Shown piece after piece: positions 49,036 through 59,025 of a DNA stretch of 64,000 nucleotides. The stretch covers positions 32,001-96,000 of the forward strand of contig JBHLMP010000005.1 of NCBI GenBank assembly GCA_048938025.1. The letters run 5' to 3'. Both the position numbers and the translations under genes were made by a program. The stretch's first letter is position 1. The number at the start of each line of letters is the position of its first letter. The notes beneath the pieces were generated by a model. It searched no databases. It saw nothing but the letters and a program-made list of their open reading frames with translations, and was not told the origin of the DNA. This stretch comes from Promethearchaeota archaeon. Lineage in GTDB: Archaea > Asgardarchaeota > Lokiarchaeia > Sigyniarchaeales > SOKP01.

Positions 49036-50715
49036 TTACTCCATTTTATTCAGTTTTTTCATACCATAATATAGAAGTGGTATACTCACTCCAATATTAT
49101 AAAGAAATATTGGAACCTGGATTATTAATCTCAATGATTCAACGCTTCCGGGATTAAGAAACATCAGCATTCCTATAGGTATAAACATTAAAGGTTGTAA
49201 GAGCAACATAGAGATCATGACATTACTTTTCATGCTAGAGTCTTTTTCTCCAAATGCAGGAGAAATGCATTGGAAACCCATAGCTTGACACATTGATATT
49301 TGCGCAAAGATTAAAAATTCCACAAAGAAAAGCACAGTATTAAAATGATCAATATTAGAGAAAATATTAAGCATTATAGTGACAAAAATTGCCAAGAAAA
49401 TATTGAAGATAAACATCATAAGCAGATAAGAGTATACAATTGCTTTAATACCTCTAGGAGATCGCTTATAAACCCAAATTAAATCCTTAGAATCAACAAA
49501 AGCAAGATGTCCAATAATTATACTGCTTATACCCCCTCCTATTGCTATTAATATAGTGGTGCTATAGACTATTCCAAATGCATCATCATCCATTACTGAT
49601 ATAAAATAACTCATAAATCCTATAAGCCCTACTACGTAAGCAACTCTAGCTATATTCGCTTTTTTTCTAAAAAACCTCTTTAGTTGCATTACAATTAAGC
49701 CACCCCATTTACGTCCAGAAACTTTTCTTACAAATTTATAAAAGGGATTTTCAACTGCGATGATTGTAACATTATTTTTTTCAATACCTCCTTCTAAAGT
49801 ATAAAACGATTCAGCTTTTTTGTAAGAAACATATAAAGTAATAATTGGGATACTAACAGCTAATAGAATGCTTATCCATATGTTTAAAATAAATGTACTA
49901 AGAAAAGTCGGATCTATTGAATAAACTATGATATTTGAATACCAAAGAGAAGGGTAAAGTGCTAACCAATTTTTTAATTCAGGGTGTTCCAGCAAGAAAT
50001 TAAAGAAAAACACTACCGCATACATTATCACTACTAAGAGAATTGTAAATATCCATACCAAAGCCTTTCCTAAGTCTCTTGCTCTTTCATTTTTAAAGAT
50101 TTTATGTTCAATCCAACCTGAGATGATTGAACCTATCAGATTGGCAAAATAAACATGACAGAAAACAGTCCCATATATTATGATATATTGAATTATCGAT
50201 AAATGAACTATAGGATTTATCACCCCTATTATTATGGGAGCAATGATTAAGACTGCTGTTGAATACAGTGGAGATTTACCTATAAATTCCCCTATAAAAA
50301 TATCATTCGCCCTAACTGGTGTTGCCAATAACGTTTCTTTTGATGCAATTTCGTTTTCCTTATATACATTGTTTAAAGGATATATTACAAATGCTAAGAA
50401 TACCATCATCATAATAGATTCGATGGCAATAGCAACTACGGGCTTGAATACATCGGAGAATTGTTCTGCTAAAGTTGGCATAAATAAATCGAATAAGTAA
50501 GGAGCTATAAACACTGCCCATATTAATAAAAGCGAATATAATGCTATAAAAAACACTTTACGATAATTTCTAAAATAACTGGTTCTAATTCTTATCTCAT
50601 TCTTCGCGATTGTCATCCATAAACTCTTTTTTCGATGAATTAGCTCTGGTAACTCTTTCTTTGTTATTTCAGATGCTGGTTTTTCAATTATTTCTTCAGT
50701 TGTGAGAATCCTCAT
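49036..50715 (-). CDS. ABC-2 type exporter permease
   Basis: Many TMs, LLATPV..GEF motif; adjacent to the ATPase. Confidence 0.75.
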   Translation of the reverse strand: MRILTTEEIIEKPASEITKKELPELIHRKKSLWMTIAKNEIRIRTSYFRNYRKVFFIALYSLLLIWAVFIAPYLFDLFMPTLAEQFSDVFKPVVAIAIESIMMMVFLAFVIYPLNNVYKENEIASKETLLATPVRANDIFIGEFIGKSPLYSTAVLIIAPIIIGVINPIVHLSIIQYIIIYGTVFCHVYFANLIGSIISGWIEHKIFKNERARDLGKALVWIFTILLVVIMYAVVFFFNFLLEHPELKNWLALYPSLWYSNIIVYSIDPTFLSTFILNIWISILLAVSIPIITLYVSYKKAESFYTLEGGIEKNNVTIIAVENPFYKFVRKVSGRKWGGLIVMQLKRFFRKKANIARVAYVVGLIGFMSYFISVMDDDAFGIVYSTTILIAIGGGISSIIIGHLAFVDSKDLIWVYKRSPRGIKAIVYSYLLMMFIFNIFLAIFVTIMLNIFSNIDHFNTVLFFVEFLIFAQISMCQAMGFQCISPAFGEKDSSMKSNVMISMLLLQPLMFIPIGMLMFLNPGSVESLRLIIQVPIFLYNIGVSIPLLYYGMKKLNKME

Positions 50716-50722
50716 TTATATC

Positions 50723-51550
50723 TTACCTCGATTTATTGCGTTTATTTCTTTTTTTACTTACGAGTTCATGACTATTTGTAATCTCCTCTCTCCAACCAAG
50801 CAAATCCTCGATTCGAGAAGCTCCAGTAATTTTTAAATATGCTTCCTCTAAATCTTTAGCACCAACAGATTCAATTATTTCTTTCGGAGTTCCCTCAATT
50901 TTTATCTCGCCATTAACTATGATACCAATTATATCACATAATTCTTCAGCAGTATCAAGAAGATGAGTGCATATAAATATTGTTTTATCTGCTTTCTTTG
51001 CTAATTGAGAGATTAAATCTTTCACCATTCTAGTCGCTGCAGGATCTAAATTCGACGTAGGTTCATCTAAAAATAAAATTTCGGGATCCTGAATCAATGC
51101 AGCACATAGACAGACTTTTTGCTTCATTCCTCTTGAATAGCCCTCTAGAAGATCATTTTCACGACCTGTCAAATTAAATAACTCTATTAATTCATTAATT
51201 CTCGCGGATATAACGTCTTTTGGCAAATAATATAATTCTCCAATAAATTCCAAGAACTCTTTTGCAGTTAGTTTAGAATATAGACCAGGAGATTCGGGTA
51301 GAAATCCACATATCATTTTCACTTTCTGACTTTCAGTTACAATATCATACCCTCCAACTGAAGCGTTTCCTGAGGTTTTCGATATAATTGCATTAAGCAT
51401 CCTTACTGTTGTAGTTTTTCCAGCACCATTTGGCCCGAGTAGCCCATAAGTTTTTCCAAAAGGGATGTTTAAATTTACTTTATTAACAGCAAGAATATTA
51501 CCAAAATTTTTAGTAAGATTCTGGGTTTTGATTGCTTGTACTTTACTCAA
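50723..51550 (-). CDS. ABC transporter ATP-binding protein
   Basis: GPNGAGKT, YSRGMKQ and LFLDEP motifs. Confidence 0.93.
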   Translation of the reverse strand: MSKVQAIKTQNLTKNFGNILAVNKVNLNIPFGKTYGLLGPNGAGKTTTVRMLNAIISKTSGNASVGGYDIVTESQKVKMICGFLPESPGLYSKLTAKEFLEFIGELYYLPKDVISARINELIELFNLTGRENDLLEGYSRGMKQKVCLCAALIQDPEILFLDEPTSNLDPAATRMVKDLISQLAKKADKTIFICTHLLDTAEELCDIIGIIVNGEIKIEGTPKEIIESVGAKDLEEAYLKITGASRIEDLLGWREEITNSHELVSKKRNKRNKSR

Positions 51551-51597
51551 ATTTTTTTACCTCCATTTTTTTTTTAAATTTTTATTTTAAGTTTTAA

Positions 51598-52713
51598 TTA
51601 AATTATTTTCAATTCGTAAATTTTTCTAGTTCCTAACCATAAAAAAAGGACGAGAAATGCACCATAGCATATTATTAGGACAAAAAAGTACAATAAAACA
51701 CTATAAATTGCGATTTCTAAATCTATTACAACATTCTGAATAATAAAAGGAATAAAAATTCCAATTATACCCATGATTAGAAAGCCAAAAGAACCAGCTA
51801 AAATCGGAACCGTGTTTTTTTTTCTTATAAGACTAACCCACTCAGCATTACGCTTTCTATAGTATTGCCATAAACCCACAAATAATACTCCACATCCAAT
51901 AGTAAAAATAGTCCAATATATTATGTCAAAAGTTAAACTTAGTGTACTCTCTGATATCAATATTACTAAGGGTCTTGAGAAAGAAATAAAATTCAGCACT
52001 CCATGAATTAATATTGCATAAAACACATTTCGGGTAAGAATATAAATAAAACCTAAGGCAATTCCAATTATAAATACAGTTGATATATGCATTATAGTCC
52101 CTGCAAAATTTGCACTCATTAAATCATCAGGTAAATGCGCGAGAGCAAATAGAAGACTTGAAGATAATACCGCGGGTGATGGGCTCATACCTCTTTGTTC
52201 TAATAAGGGAATTAATAATCTACGATAGATTAATTCCTCGTAGACTGCTGCTCCAATTGTGAGTGGAAGATAATATATCAAGATATTTAAAGGATTAGCC
52301 AAGTGTTCTAGGCTTAATAAAATAGTTGTATATCCACTCTGAGGATTTAAATCAAGCAGTCCAAAAACGTAATATAAAATAAAATTTATACTAACGACGA
52401 TAGTCAATGTTACACATATCAGGAGTATAGTTCTAAACGAATTGAAGAGTGTGAAAGGAGGGTTTTCTGCATCTTTTGCTTTGAATAGCGGAATAAATAC
52501 AAAATAGATCATAAATGCTCCTATAAACTGAGAAAGAAACAGAATAAAAAGATTTAAGATTATATAATCAAAGGGTAAACTGAAATCACTGAATACAATG
52601 AATAAAGATATTGTAATAATAAGAAAATTTAATAATGTCCCTCCAAGTGCGACCACCATCGAAGCTTTAAAGAAATTTAAAAAACTCCCATTTTTTTCTT
52701 TAATTTGTATCAT
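51598..52713 (-). CDS. CPBP (Abi/CAAX) intramembrane metalloprotease
   Basis: EELIYR, FALAH and H..LN motifs; ATG 52713 preferred. Confidence 0.85.
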   Translation of the reverse strand: MIQIKEKNGSFLNFFKASMVVALGGTLLNFLIITISLFIVFSDFSLPFDYIILNLFILFLSQFIGAFMIYFVFIPLFKAKDAENPPFTLFNSFRTILLICVTLTIVVSINFILYYVFGLLDLNPQSGYTTILLSLEHLANPLNILIYYLPLTIGAAVYEELIYRRLLIPLLEQRGMSPSPAVLSSSLLFALAHLPDDLMSANFAGTIMHISTVFIIGIALGFIYILTRNVFYAILIHGVLNFISFSRPLVILISESTLSLTFDIIYWTIFTIGCGVLFVGLWQYYRKRNAEWVSLIRKKNTVPILAGSFGFLIMGIIGIFIPFIIQNVVIDLEIAIYSVLLYFFVLIICYGAFLVLFLWLGTRKIYELKII

Positions 52714-52864
52714 TTTTTTAAACCTAAATTGAACTAATTGATATGTTTTAAATTTAATTAACTGAATTGAACTAAGAGTATAAAATATGAATTTGATTTT
52801 TCTTCTCTTATCCAGTAGGACTTTCTTAAGTCCTATTAAAATTATATTAAAGAAAGTATTTAAA

Positions 52865-52881
52865 GCTTTGTATCGCAAAGT
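52865..52881. promoter_or_regulatory. Inverted repeat (G)CTTTG-N5-CAAAG(T) upstream of the CPBP/ABC/wHTH operon
   Basis: GCTTTGTATCGCAAAGT next to an AT-rich TATA-like segment. Confidence 0.4.
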
Positions 52882-53034
52882 GCTTTATGGATCCAAATCG
52901 CGAAAAGGTATCTCTAAATATTAATTATGTTAAAATTGTAAACTATTTTAAATATAATTACGAATCTAATGAATTAAAAAGAATGTGTGGAGTCCTTTCT
53001 TGAACAATAATACTTCAATATTCGGAAAAAAATA

Positions 53035-53322
53035 ATTTTTGCAAAAATACCTGTTCTATTAGAAAAAGTGAAGAAAGAGGATTTAGATAAACAAATATTA
53101 AGAACAGCAATCTTAGCTGAATTAGATGCTATTAATCTCTATGAACAAATGGCGAACCTTACAGATAATAAAAACTTGAAAATGGTACTTCTAGACGTAG
53201 CTAAAGAAGAAAAAGAACATGTAGGGGAATTTCAATATCTTTTATTAAAGCATGATCCTCAACAACAAGAAGAATTAGAAGAGGGCAAAGAGGAAGTCTA
53301 AGAATTAATAGGAGAAAAATAA
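53035..53322 (+). CDS. Short ferritin-like (encapsulated-ferritin/rubrerythrin type) protein with non-ATG start and possibly premature TAA
   Basis: AELDAINLYEQ and EEKEHVGEF ferroxidase motifs; TAA at 53299 is followed in frame by ELIGEK*. Confidence 0.75.
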
Positions 53323-53549
53323 AAAAATCAATAAAAATCAAACTTTCTTTATTTTTTATTTATAAACTGAAAGGAAGAGTTTCCTTATTTAATTATATTA
53401 ATAATAATTGTTAATAATTTATAACCTATAGATAAATAAATAAAAGGGTATATTTGTTATTTAAGATAAATTTATGAGAAATCTTTAAATTAATGAATAA
53501 TGGCAAGCTTGTATTTTAAAATGTATAAAGGAGTGTTAAGTAAAAAAAA

Positions 53550-54743
53550 ATGACAAATTATAATTATAACTATTTAATTATTGGTGGAGGAATGACTGCT
53601 GATGCAGCAGCTCATAGCATCCGAGAAGCTGATCCCAAGGGAACTATTGGTTTGATTAGTAGTGAAAATGATCCTCCTTATGCACGTCCTCCCCTTTCTA
53701 AATCCCTTTGGAAGGGAGAAGATAGTCTCGATGATATTGATTTAGAGACTAAAGAGAGTAATATTGAAATGCATCTTAATCGAACCGTTACAAAAATCAA
53801 TAGATCTAATAAAACTGTTATTGACAATCAAAAGAATTTATATAAGTATGAAAAATTGCTAATCGCAACTGGTGGTATTCCCAAAAAACTTCCTAATATT
53901 GAAGAACCAGGTATAATATATTATCGTACTCTCTCAGATTATAAAAAATTAAAACAATTGGTTGATAAAAATAAGACATTCGGAGTCTTGGGTGGTGGAT
54001 TTATTGGATCGGAAATAGCAGCGGCTATAAAAATTTACAAACCTAAGGTAGAAGTTACTATGTTGTTTCTCGAGAGTGGAATTGGTGGACTAATCTTTCC
54101 TAAGAAATTAAGTAATTATTTAAATGACTATTATCAAAAAAAAGGCATTAAAGTATTAGCGGGTGAGATGGTAACCAGTATCAAGAAAGAAGGTAAAGGT
54201 TATATGGTTGAAACTAAAAGTGGTAAAAAACTCAAGTTTGATGTTGTAATTGCAGGACTAGGCATTAAACCCAATATAGAATTAGCAAAAGAAGCAGATC
54301 TAAAAGTTGAGGATGGAATTGTAGTAAACAAATACCTCCAAACAACCGATTCTGATATTTATGCTGCTGGAGATGTAGCATTTTACCATAATCCTTCACT
54401 TGATAAATATATTCGTGTTGAGCATGAAGATAATGCGCTCATGATGGGAGAGATTGCCGGACAAAATATGACGGGAAAAGAAATATCCTTTGATCATTTA
54501 TCATTGTTCTACTCTGATTTATTTGAACTCGGTTATGAGGCTGTGGGTATTTTAAGCTCAAAGTTAGAAACTGTAGAAGATTTTGACGAATCATTAGAAG
54601 AAGGCGTCGTATATTATTTAAAGGAAGGTCGTGTTCAGGGGGTCCTTTTGTGGAATGTTTGGGAAAAAGTTGATGAAGCTAGAGAATTAATCGCTGAACC
54701 TGGAGCTTTCTCCCGAGAGGATTTGAAAGGTAGAATCCAGTAA
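53550..54743 (+). CDS. FAD-dependent NAD(P)H oxidoreductase (ferredoxin/rubredoxin reductase-like)
   Basis: IIGGG, PYARPPLSK, GGGFIGSE, AAGDVA and RVEH motifs. Confidence 0.9.
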   Translation: MTNYNYNYLIIGGGMTADAAAHSIREADPKGTIGLISSENDPPYARPPLSKSLWKGEDSLDDIDLETKESNIEMHLNRTVTKINRSNKTVIDNQKNLYKYEKLLIATGGIPKKLPNIEEPGIIYYRTLSDYKKLKQLVDKNKTFGVLGGGFIGSEIAAAIKIYKPKVEVTMLFLESGIGGLIFPKKLSNYLNDYYQKKGIKVLAGEMVTSIKKEGKGYMVETKSGKKLKFDVVIAGLGIKPNIELAKEADLKVEDGIVVNKYLQTTDSDIYAAGDVAFYHNPSLDKYIRVEHEDNALMMGEIAGQNMTGKEISFDHLSLFYSDLFELGYEAVGILSSKLETVEDFDESLEEGVVYYLKEGRVQGVLLWNVWEKVDEARELIAEPGAFSREDLKGRIQ

Positions 54744-54830
54744 TTATTTTTTATATTCAATAAACAAATTTTATATTTAAATTAGAAGAAATCTAATTAA
54801 GTAGCTAAAAGAAATATTACGTTTTATTAA

Positions 54831-56072
54831 TTAATAATCCTCATCTTTAATTTTAGAAGGCATATCTTTAACTTGACAAGCCAATTCCTTTGCTAATTCT
54901 TCACCTTTTTCAAGCTCTTCTACTGTAGGATGGCCTTTAAATGTAAGTGGTTCTAGAATATCCCAATGCATATTTTCTGCTAAATTATCAAAATCCTTCT
55001 TAGCTCCCCCACTCCATCCATATGATCCAAAGTAGAGCACTTTTTTATACCATATGTGTTTTTTTTGTAATAATTCCATAAAATATTTCATTGGTGGAAA
55101 CATGCTATATTCGTAAGTGGGGGCTCCGATTATTAGACCTGCGGATTTAAAAGCATCAGCTAGAATAAAAGATACATCTTCATTTGGAACCCGATGAACA
55201 CTGACCGGTACTCCTTCAGAGGATATCCCTTTTAAAACAGCATTTAACATGACTTCTGTATTTCCATACATACTTCCCCAAACTACACATATTTCAGGTT
55301 CAGCAAAATTTTTATTATAATTAGCATAACGGCGATATTTTTTAATAACTACTTCTGGTTTACTTCTCCAAATTAATCCATGAGATGGAGCAATCGTTTT
55401 AATCTCTAAAGGAGAAAGCGAATCAATAGCTTTAATAACATTTGGAGAGAACATTGCTATGATATTTGCATAATATCTTAACATTTCTTCTTCCCAATAG
55501 GGTTTGTTTACATCTGGAGTCTCATCATCAAAAATACTTCCTTTATGAACTCCAAATGCCCCAAAAGCATCACCAGAAAATAATATTTTTGAATTTGGTT
55601 CATAGGTTACCATTGTTTCTGGCCAATGAACGTGTGGAATCTCAGTAAAAATAAGCTTCTTATTTTGACCTAAGTCTATTTCATCTCCCGTTTTTACTAT
55701 TTGAATATTTTCTTTTATCCCATAGAACCCATCAATCAAGGCTGCTCCTTTCTTAGTAGTTACTATTCGAGATTTAGGTGCTAAAGAACGTAAAATATAT
55801 GTAAAACCAGTGTGATCTGGTTCAAGATGATTGAGTACAATATAATCAATATCTTGTAAAGATACCGAAAGTGATTTGAGATTCTCTAATAATGTCATAG
55901 CAGCACCTCCCCATTCTCTAACAAGTTCAATGATAGCAATTTTATCTCCTATAACAACATAAGCATTTAGAGCTACTCCAGTAGGTATAGGCCAAATACC
56001 TTCAAATAAATCTTCTGTGTGAACGTTTGCACCTACCCAATATATATTTTCAGCTAATTTTGTTGCTTGCAT
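54831..56072 (-). CDS. fprA: Flavodiiron protein (FprA/A-type flavoprotein)
   Basis: NHLEPDH, HWPE, DAFG, PSHG, SMYGNT and FGSYGWSG motifs. Confidence 0.92.
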   Translation of the reverse strand: MQATKLAENIYWVGANVHTEDLFEGIWPIPTGVALNAYVVIGDKIAIIELVREWGGAAMTLLENLKSLSVSLQDIDYIVLNHLEPDHTGFTYILRSLAPKSRIVTTKKGAALIDGFYGIKENIQIVKTGDEIDLGQNKKLIFTEIPHVHWPETMVTYEPNSKILFSGDAFGAFGVHKGSIFDDETPDVNKPYWEEEMLRYYANIIAMFSPNVIKAIDSLSPLEIKTIAPSHGLIWRSKPEVVIKKYRRYANYNKNFAEPEICVVWGSMYGNTEVMLNAVLKGISSEGVPVSVHRVPNEDVSFILADAFKSAGLIIGAPTYEYSMFPPMKYFMELLQKKHIWYKKVLYFGSYGWSGGAKKDFDNLAENMHWDILEPLTFKGHPTVEELEKGEELAKELACQVKDMPSKIKDEDY

Positions 56073-56133
56073 AAATTAATCACTTAATTTTTTTTCATTT
56101 TTATAATATATAAAGATTTCATGAAATCATTAT

Positions 56134-56955
56134 TTAAATATATTCAAATTCCATCCCAATAATTTCTTCTGTTTTTTTCCAGAGTTTTTTCTGAATCTCT
56201 TTATCATAAGTAATATCTTTCGAGGGCTCTGAGCGATTATTTACAAAATACTTGCCAGATATATTTTCCAATTCTGGTGCTATGGCAGCAAACATTAAGG
56301 TCTTAGCACCATCTAATAGCGGTGCTCCATAAGATCTAGAAGCAGATCTCAATAATTTTGTCCTTATTACTCCTGGATGAAGACAATTTACAGCAATATC
56401 TGTATTTTTCAATTTTTCAGCGAGGAGATATGTAAACAATACTAGAGCTGTTTTTGATTTTGCATATGCTTTCACACCAGTGTATCCCTTTTCAAAATTT
56501 AAATTTTTGAAATCAAAATGATTAGATTGAACTCGTGAAACTACATTAACTATTCTACTTGATTTAGTGTTTCTCAATAAATCAATTAAAAGATTCGTAA
56601 GAAGAAAGGGCGCGACATAATTTATCGCGAAAGTTTCTTCTAATCCATCTTGCGTTATACTTCGCTCTGATCTATATACTCCAGCATTATTAATTAACAC
56701 ATCCAATCTATTAAAACGATTGTAAATATCAGAAACCATTTCTTTTATTTGAGTGAAAGAACCTAGATCGGCATAAACAAAACTTAAATTTTGATTATTG
56801 GTTTGTTTTTCAATACCTTTCATTGTTAATTGAGCTTTTTCCAGATTTCTTCCATGCACTATTACCTGATAACCAGATTTAGCAAGTTCAATTGCAGTTT
56901 GGTATCCTATCCCATCAGTAGATCCAGTAATTAGAATTATTTTACCTTCTTTCAT
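56134..56955 (-). CDS. SDR family oxidoreductase (retinol dehydrogenase-like)
   Basis: TGSTDGIG, NNAG, YAKSK and LHPG motifs. Confidence 0.9.
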   Translation of the reverse strand: MKEGKIILITGSTDGIGYQTAIELAKSGYQVIVHGRNLEKAQLTMKGIEKQTNNQNLSFVYADLGSFTQIKEMVSDIYNRFNRLDVLINNAGVYRSERSITQDGLEETFAINYVAPFLLTNLLIDLLRNTKSSRIVNVVSRVQSNHFDFKNLNFEKGYTGVKAYAKSKTALVLFTYLLAEKLKNTDIAVNCLHPGVIRTKLLRSASRSYGAPLLDGAKTLMFAAIAPELENISGKYFVNNRSEPSKDITYDKEIQKKLWKKTEEIIGMEFEYI

Positions 56956-57082
56956 AACTGACCAACGATTTATTTTACATTCTTAAAATAGCTAAATGAG
57001 TTTTAGAATCTATCTATAATATTTTATTGAATTTCTTCTAATATTTGTTATAAAGTAAAAATTAAGTTCGAAAATACTTTTT

Positions 57083-57937
57083 TTAGAGTTTTCTTATTTC
57101 TTTAATGATATCAGAACCTTCTTTCATTTTGGTCTCTAAAATATTAATGACTTCTAATAAATCTCTTTCTTTACTCGTATCAATTTTACATATAATCAAT
57201 TGCTGAGCAGTATCTACAGCTTGTAAAATATTTCCAAGATTATGGGAGTATTTATCCTTTAGATCTTTCTTATGTTCATAAGAGATATTATATTCTAAAT
57301 GAATTAAAAAGATAATAATTAACACTGAAGAGATTATCCCCGGCAACCAATACCACATTATTAGATGCATATCGCTTGAATTATAGATCTCTATCGATTC
57401 CCCGTGAAGAGCAATAAACACTGTCAACGGAATGTACATGCTTAAAAAAAATCCGGTAATGTAATACCATCTAATGCTTTTTCCGAGTTTATCTTTTAAG
57501 GGCTTAAACCTTAGAAAAAGAACAAGATAGATGCTGATTATTGATAAAATTAATACTGAGCTTGCAAATAATGAACCTATGTTCTTTCCTATGAATATAA
57601 AAAGAATTAGTGGAAGAATGACAATTAAAATTGTGAGAATTACTATTATTTTATTTTGTATCTCAATGAAATAGGAAAAAACTCCAGCCAAAATATATAA
57701 TCCGGCTAATGCAGCAAAGATTGAATTAAAAAATACATAATTTTCTAAAAAGTTCCCCTCCTCTAAAACAGCACCTATAATGGTTAATACCCCAGCAATT
57801 ACCCAACTAAACCACCCAATAATGAGATAAATAAATTCCTTTTTCTTATTATCATAAAAAAAGTCAAAAGAAACTATTACTGCTATTATTCTTATAATTG
57901 TTAATATAATTAAACTGTTAAATGCCATTACATTCAT
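57083..57937 (-). CDS. 7-TM protein ending in a HisKA-like H-box hairpin with no ATPase domain
   Basis: Seven TMs, then KYSHNLGNILQ and a second helix; stop immediately after. Confidence 0.7.
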   Translation of the reverse strand: MNVMAFNSLIILTIIRIIAVIVSFDFFYDNKKKEFIYLIIGWFSWVIAGVLTIIGAVLEEGNFLENYVFFNSIFAALAGLYILAGVFSYFIEIQNKIIVILTILIVILPLILFIFIGKNIGSLFASSVLILSIISIYLVLFLRFKPLKDKLGKSIRWYYITGFFLSMYIPLTVFIALHGESIEIYNSSDMHLIMWYWLPGIISSVLIIIFLIHLEYNISYEHKKDLKDKYSHNLGNILQAVDTAQQLIICKIDTSKERDLLEVINILETKMKEGSDIIKEIRKL

Positions 57938-57950
57938 AATATATAGCCTC

Positions 57951-58844
57951 TTAATTATTTACTAATCCACTTATTATATAACTTATCCATAGACCTGGTT
58001 TTTTTGGAATATCAAAATCTATCCATGCTGATTTCATATAAGATATATCTGCTTGCCAAAATCCGTCAGATCGTTGTTTCTTCTTTAATATTTGGATCGC
58101 ATCTTTACAGCGCTCATCCTCAATCAAACCATTTGCTTTAAGTAATGATAAGATTTCTATGATATTCGACCTATAAGTATAAGGGTAAAAATTTAAGATA
58201 ATAGAACTCTCTATTGGTTTATCTGAAGATAATTTCTTATATACTCTATGCTTAAGGATATATTCCAATCCTTGATTTAACTTGTTACCGAATTTTTCCG
58301 AGGCTCCAAATTTTTTCTTATATTCAGTAAGAGTATTCATAGATTTGACCACACCATAATAACAAGGAATTTTTTTCATACAACCTCCAAATCTCGTGTA
58401 AAGATCTGCCCCCGGCCATGTACATTCTTTACCTCTCTCAATGGATTGGTACTTTAATATCCAATCTATCCCAGCATCAATTTTTTCTTTATCATCATAA
58501 TCCATCTTTAAAAGGATTGTTGTAATCAAGGCATTGTGGCAAGCAAGTAAATTGTCTTTAGTTCCTTCTAAAGAGAAGCCTTCTTTAATATAAGACTTAT
58601 CTATCAGGAGTTTAAGCCAACTTTGAACTTTTTCTAAGGTTTTCGTAAACGGAATTTCTGAGAGCTCCAGTAAACGCCATTCATAGGCTCGGATACCGAC
58701 AAAAGTATCAGGACTCCGTTTGGGAGTTTCTAAAAGTTTACTTATTAGCTCTGATTGTTCAAGCATTTTCTGTGCTTCTTTCATAGGTACATTCTCACCT
58801 TTTTCATAAGCTTTCTTCAATGATAAAGCTGAATCCTCAATCAT
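57951..58844 (-). CDS. Prenyltransferase/squalene-cyclase repeat (alpha-alpha barrel) hypothetical protein
   Basis: AGIDWILKYQ, KKQRSDGFW QW-like repeats and PC..G..K motif. Confidence 0.6.
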   Translation of the reverse strand: MIEDSALSLKKAYEKGENVPMKEAQKMLEQSELISKLLETPKRSPDTFVGIRAYEWRLLELSEIPFTKTLEKVQSWLKLLIDKSYIKEGFSLEGTKDNLLACHNALITTILLKMDYDDKEKIDAGIDWILKYQSIERGKECTWPGADLYTRFGGCMKKIPCYYGVVKSMNTLTEYKKKFGASEKFGNKLNQGLEYILKHRVYKKLSSDKPIESSIILNFYPYTYRSNIIEILSLLKANGLIEDERCKDAIQILKKKQRSDGFWQADISYMKSAWIDFDIPKKPGLWISYIISGLVNN

Positions 58845-59025
58845 AAGTATAAATTTAATAAGCTTTTAGTTAAATCTAACATAAGAATAGTAAAAATATT
58901 TCTTAAACTTATATTAATTACATAAGTTTGTCCAGTATAAACCTATTGATAAAAATATTTTCATTCTATACTTGATGATATGCCTTTAAAAATGATGTCC
59001 TTAAAGGGATAGAGGGATATAAAAT

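Noticed and set aside
52714-52878. Long N-terminal extensions in the ORF track (also 10532-10618, 36129-36197 and 9219-9278)
   Set aside because: They run through AT-rich promoter DNA; downstream ATGs fit the family N-termini better.
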